Origin: a bacterium
GTDB lineage: Bacteria > SAR324 > NAC60-12
NCBI GenBank assembly: GCA_965205865.1
Contig: CBDBHR010000024.1
Location: forward strand, 32,001-96,000
Length of the DNA stretch: 64,000 nt
Direction of reading: 5' to 3'
Made by a program: the position numbers and the translations under genes. Positions 61,147 through 64,000 of this stretch are shown piece after piece (position 1 is the first letter of the stretch; each line of letters starts with the position of its first letter). The notes beneath the pieces are model-generated. The model did not search any database. It saw only the letters and a list, made by a program, of their open reading frames with translations, and was not told where the DNA came from.

Positions 61147-62454
61147 ATGCTCAAATTACTTGTAATCGCCGATGATCTGACAGAGGCCAACGAAGTGGCA
61201 GTACAGTTTGCCAAAAAAGGGATTGCCACATTGGTGGTTGCGGATTGGCAGCATGACTGGAAGGTCCATTCTGATGAATTCCAAGTAGTTGCCATAAATA
61301 CGGAATCACGTCATGTATCTGTAAAAGAAGCGCAGAAGCGTATGAACATTGTGTTGGACGTCGCCATTTGCTGGCAGATTCCTTATTGCTATAAAAAGAC
61401 AGATTCGACTCTGAGAGGCAACATTGCAGCGGAATTGGACATTTTGAGGAAGCGCCTAGGAGCAGGCAGGATTATGTTTATTCCAGCAAATCCTTCAATG
61501 GGACGAACAGTCGAAAAGGGAATGATTTTCGTGCAAGGAAAACCCTTGGCAGGGAGTGATTATGCAAAGGATCCTTTGGAACCTTGCCGGGAAAACAGTA
61601 TTATAAGGAAGTTCCGGCGCCAACTTGATGCTCCTTACCATCTGATAACCCGTGACATTTTAGAAAAACATCATACGGGTCGACAATATTCTTTTGCAGA
61701 TGAAGGGTGTTATGTATTCGATACTGGCAGCGAAGAGGAATTATTTCAGATAGGAAGATTGCTGTGTCGAGAGATGCAAATAAGAGTTCTGGCAGGCTCC
61801 GGTGGTTTTGCGACAGTTTTGCCCGTATTCATTGAATTTAAGAATAAGCCCACTCATTCACTGAAAAAGTCAAATCGACGACTTTTCATCAATGGCAGTT
61901 TGAATCCTGTTGCCCATCGACAAATTCAGTGGGCGCGTTCTCGATCGATTCCGGTTGGGATACTTGAAAAACTCGGATTCAATCGTGAAGAATGCAGATT
62001 GACAGACGATCATTACCCCTTGTCAAACTGGTTGCGGGAAGTCTACAAAAAAAATAAAATGGCCGTCTTAACGACTCCTTCTCCTGAGAAGTTGAGAGAT
62101 TCGTCTATTGCATTTCACGGTGAGGGTGTAAAGTGGAACGAGTATTTGGGATCACTCATTGCTTCACTTTTTCAAGATATCCAAATTGAAGTACTGGTGA
62201 TCTTTGGAGGTGATACGGCGTTTGCCGTTTTGAAGGCTTTACAACTGAAGCGCATAGAAGCTTTGAGTGAAATCGTACCAGGAGTGGCTCTTCTCAAATC
62301 GCTGAATAGCGTCAACAACCCCCTTTACTTAGTAACCAAGCCTGGCGGATTTGGTGAAGAGAACAGTATCGGGACAATTGAAAGTTTTTTTCAAGGAAAA
62401 TCAAATGAAGCCAATTGGGATCACCATGGGAGACGCCAACGGGGTCGGCCCTGA
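61147..62454 (+). CDS. Four-carbon acid sugar kinase (DUF1537, DtnK/OtnK-like)
   Basis: IADDLT, TESRH, KKTDSTLRGN, GGDT, TKPGGFG. Confidence 0.9.
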   Translation: MLKLLVIADDLTEANEVAVQFAKKGIATLVVADWQHDWKVHSDEFQVVAINTESRHVSVKEAQKRMNIVLDVAICWQIPYCYKKTDSTLRGNIAAELDILRKRLGAGRIMFIPANPSMGRTVEKGMIFVQGKPLAGSDYAKDPLEPCRENSIIRKFRRQLDAPYHLITRDILEKHHTGRQYSFADEGCYVFDTGSEEELFQIGRLLCREMQIRVLAGSGGFATVLPVFIEFKNKPTHSLKKSNRRLFINGSLNPVAHRQIQWARSRSIPVGILEKLGFNREECRLTDDHYPLSNWLREVYKKNKMAVLTTPSPEKLRDSSIAFHGEGVKWNEYLGSLIASLFQDIQIEVLVIFGGDTAFAVLKALQLKRIEALSEIVPGVALLKSLNSVNNPLYLVTKPGGFGEENSIGTIESFFQGKSNEANWDHHGRRQRGRP

Positions 62455-63373
62455 AATTGTCTTGAACGCATTCAGGAAAAATGAATTGCCAAAAGAGGTG
62501 TTGGTCATTGGCGATTATTCCATTTTGGAATACTGCAATCGTCGTTTGAAACTGAAGGTACCGTTGTGTCGCATACAATCGCCCGAACAAATTCAGCCTC
62601 ATTTTTTGAATATTTACGATCAAGGACTGCTAACCCCCGACGACTTGAAGATTGGTCGAATCTCTAAAGTCGTAGGAAGCGCCAGTCTTGCTTACGTCAG
62701 ACGAGCCACTCAAATGTGTCTCGATCAACAGTTACGGGCCTTGGCGACTTTGCCTGTCAATAAAGCTGCCATCCAATTGAGCGAACCCGATTTTTCCGGG
62801 CACACCGGATGTCTCGCCGATTGGTGTGGCATTTCCAATTACTCGATGATGTTGGTCTCGCAGGCCTTGATTGTCAGCCACCTTTCCACTCATGTATCTC
62901 TTAGAAAAGCCATTGAGTTGGTTAAAAAAAAGAAAATCCTGGAAGTGATCCAATTGACGCATGAAGCCCTCTTAAAACTGAGAAGGCAACAACGGATTGC
63001 GGTGGCCGGACTCAATCCCCACGCGGGAGAAGATGGAGCTTTTGGAGATGAAGAATTGGAGGAAATTATTCCCGCCATCGAGGCGGCGCGTGAACGGGGA
63101 TTTGAGATCACCGGACCCTTTCCCCCGGATACGATTTTTCGGGAAGCCAATATAAAATTCGACGCTATTGTTGCCATGTATCACGACCAGGGACATATTC
63201 CGGCAAAATTGATTGATTTTAAAGGTGCAATCAATGTGACCTTGGGACTCAATATCACGCGAACTTCGGTTGACCATGGTACCGCATATGACATTGCTTA
63301 TCAAAATCTTGCTTGGACCGAAAGCCTGCGAGATGCGGTGAAGTTGGCTATCCGCTTATCCGATGGAAACTAG
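62405..63373 (+). CDS. pdxA: PdxA-family 4-phospho-sugar-acid dehydrogenase (PdxA2-like)
   Basis: ITMGD.NGVGPE, GLNPHAGE, MYHDQGHIP, RTSVDHGTA. Confidence 0.92.
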   Translation: MKPIGITMGDANGVGPEIVLNAFRKNELPKEVLVIGDYSILEYCNRRLKLKVPLCRIQSPEQIQPHFLNIYDQGLLTPDDLKIGRISKVVGSASLAYVRRATQMCLDQQLRALATLPVNKAAIQLSEPDFSGHTGCLADWCGISNYSMMLVSQALIVSHLSTHVSLRKAIELVKKKKILEVIQLTHEALLKLRRQQRIAVAGLNPHAGEDGAFGDEELEEIIPAIEAARERGFEITGPFPPDTIFREANIKFDAIVAMYHDQGHIPAKLIDFKGAINVTLGLNITRTSVDHGTAYDIAYQNLAWTESLRDAVKLAIRLSDGN

Positions 63374-63616
63374 AAACTCCCGGACTCATTCCATAGATAT
63401 TTGATTAGCTTGAATATAAGACCGGGATTGGCCGGAGCGCATAGAAAACTTGCGGAATCTCCCGGAATGGGCGAATATCCTCTGCCAGTTCAAAAAGAAA
63501 TCCATGGACGGAGTTGTCCAATCGGATTAAAACTGCCCAAAAAAACCAAAAAAGCGGGTCATTGCCAAAGAGGTGGGATGGGCAACGTAATTTTTACCTT
63601 CAATAAGAGATGATTT

Positions 63617-64000
63617 ATGAATTCAGAAAAATTCACCTTGAGCCATTCGGATTTAATAGAATTAAAACGATGGAACACGCCCACGATTTATAATGGATGG
63701 GAAATGATCACCAAGTATGATCGTACCAAGGACGCTATCAATCTGGAAGAAACCAAGGATTTTATGCCACAAATGGGTCCGATGGTGGGTTATGCAGTGA
63801 CCTTGCAATTCAAGGCCGGTGATGGGCAGTACCAAGCGGCGAACCGTAATAATGTAATTCAATATCGCGAGTATATGGCCTCGCTTCCCGGTCCAAAAAT
63901 TGTGGTTGTGCAGGATTTGGACAAACCGGCAACGATCGGTTCATTTTGGGGAGAAGTAAATGCCAATATTCACCGTAGTTTAGGGTGCGTGGGTACCATC
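63617..64000 (+). CDS. RraA/HMG-aldolase family protein (runs off window end; absent from ORF track)
   Basis: Open frame MNSEKF...NTPTIYNG...MVGYAVT...IVVVQD...FWGEVNANIHRSLGCVGTI. Confidence 0.8.
   Translation, partial: MNSEKFTLSHSDLIELKRWNTPTIYNGWEMITKYDRTKDAINLEETKDFMPQMGPMVGYAVTLQFKAGDGQYQAANRNNVIQYREYMASLPGPKIVVVQDLDKPATIGSFWGEVNANIHRSLGCVGTI

Overview
Bacterial chromosome segment; the gene style suggests a SAR324/delta-proteobacterium-like organism (inference only). 1-22.3 kb is an accessory region. It holds three paralogous family-5 (Opp/Dpp-type) solute-binding protein (SBP) genes, one permease, a PhyH-type 2OG-Fe(II) dioxygenase, a sterol-desaturase-family gene, two type II toxin-antitoxin pairs and five IS copies (ISNCY, IS630, IS4, IS1380, IS5; most degraded). 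It also holds a remnant integron cassette array with no integrase in the window, whose central attC is interrupted by an ORF-less 699-nt group IIC-attC intron. Two SBP genes share a duplicated upstream block: sigma70 promoter, then a heptamer tandem array, then a conserved ~180-nt leader. 22.7-64 kb is mostly core genome: a Trx/DGLP-domain + UGSC selenoprotein (in-frame UGA missed by the ORF track) + MaoC operon, acyl-CoA dehydrogenase, a long GlnD-like gene, orphan fliN/fliM-like genes, dppBCD, leuCD, hisC, three tRNAs, htpG, the ffh-rpsP-rimM-trmD-rplS-rnhB-yraN-rpsT cluster, tolQR with a giant acidic repeat-containing Pal-like lipoprotein, comEC, GST and a DUF1537 kinase-pdxA2-RraA cluster. 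All calls come from reading the sequence and recalling family motifs; no searches were run.
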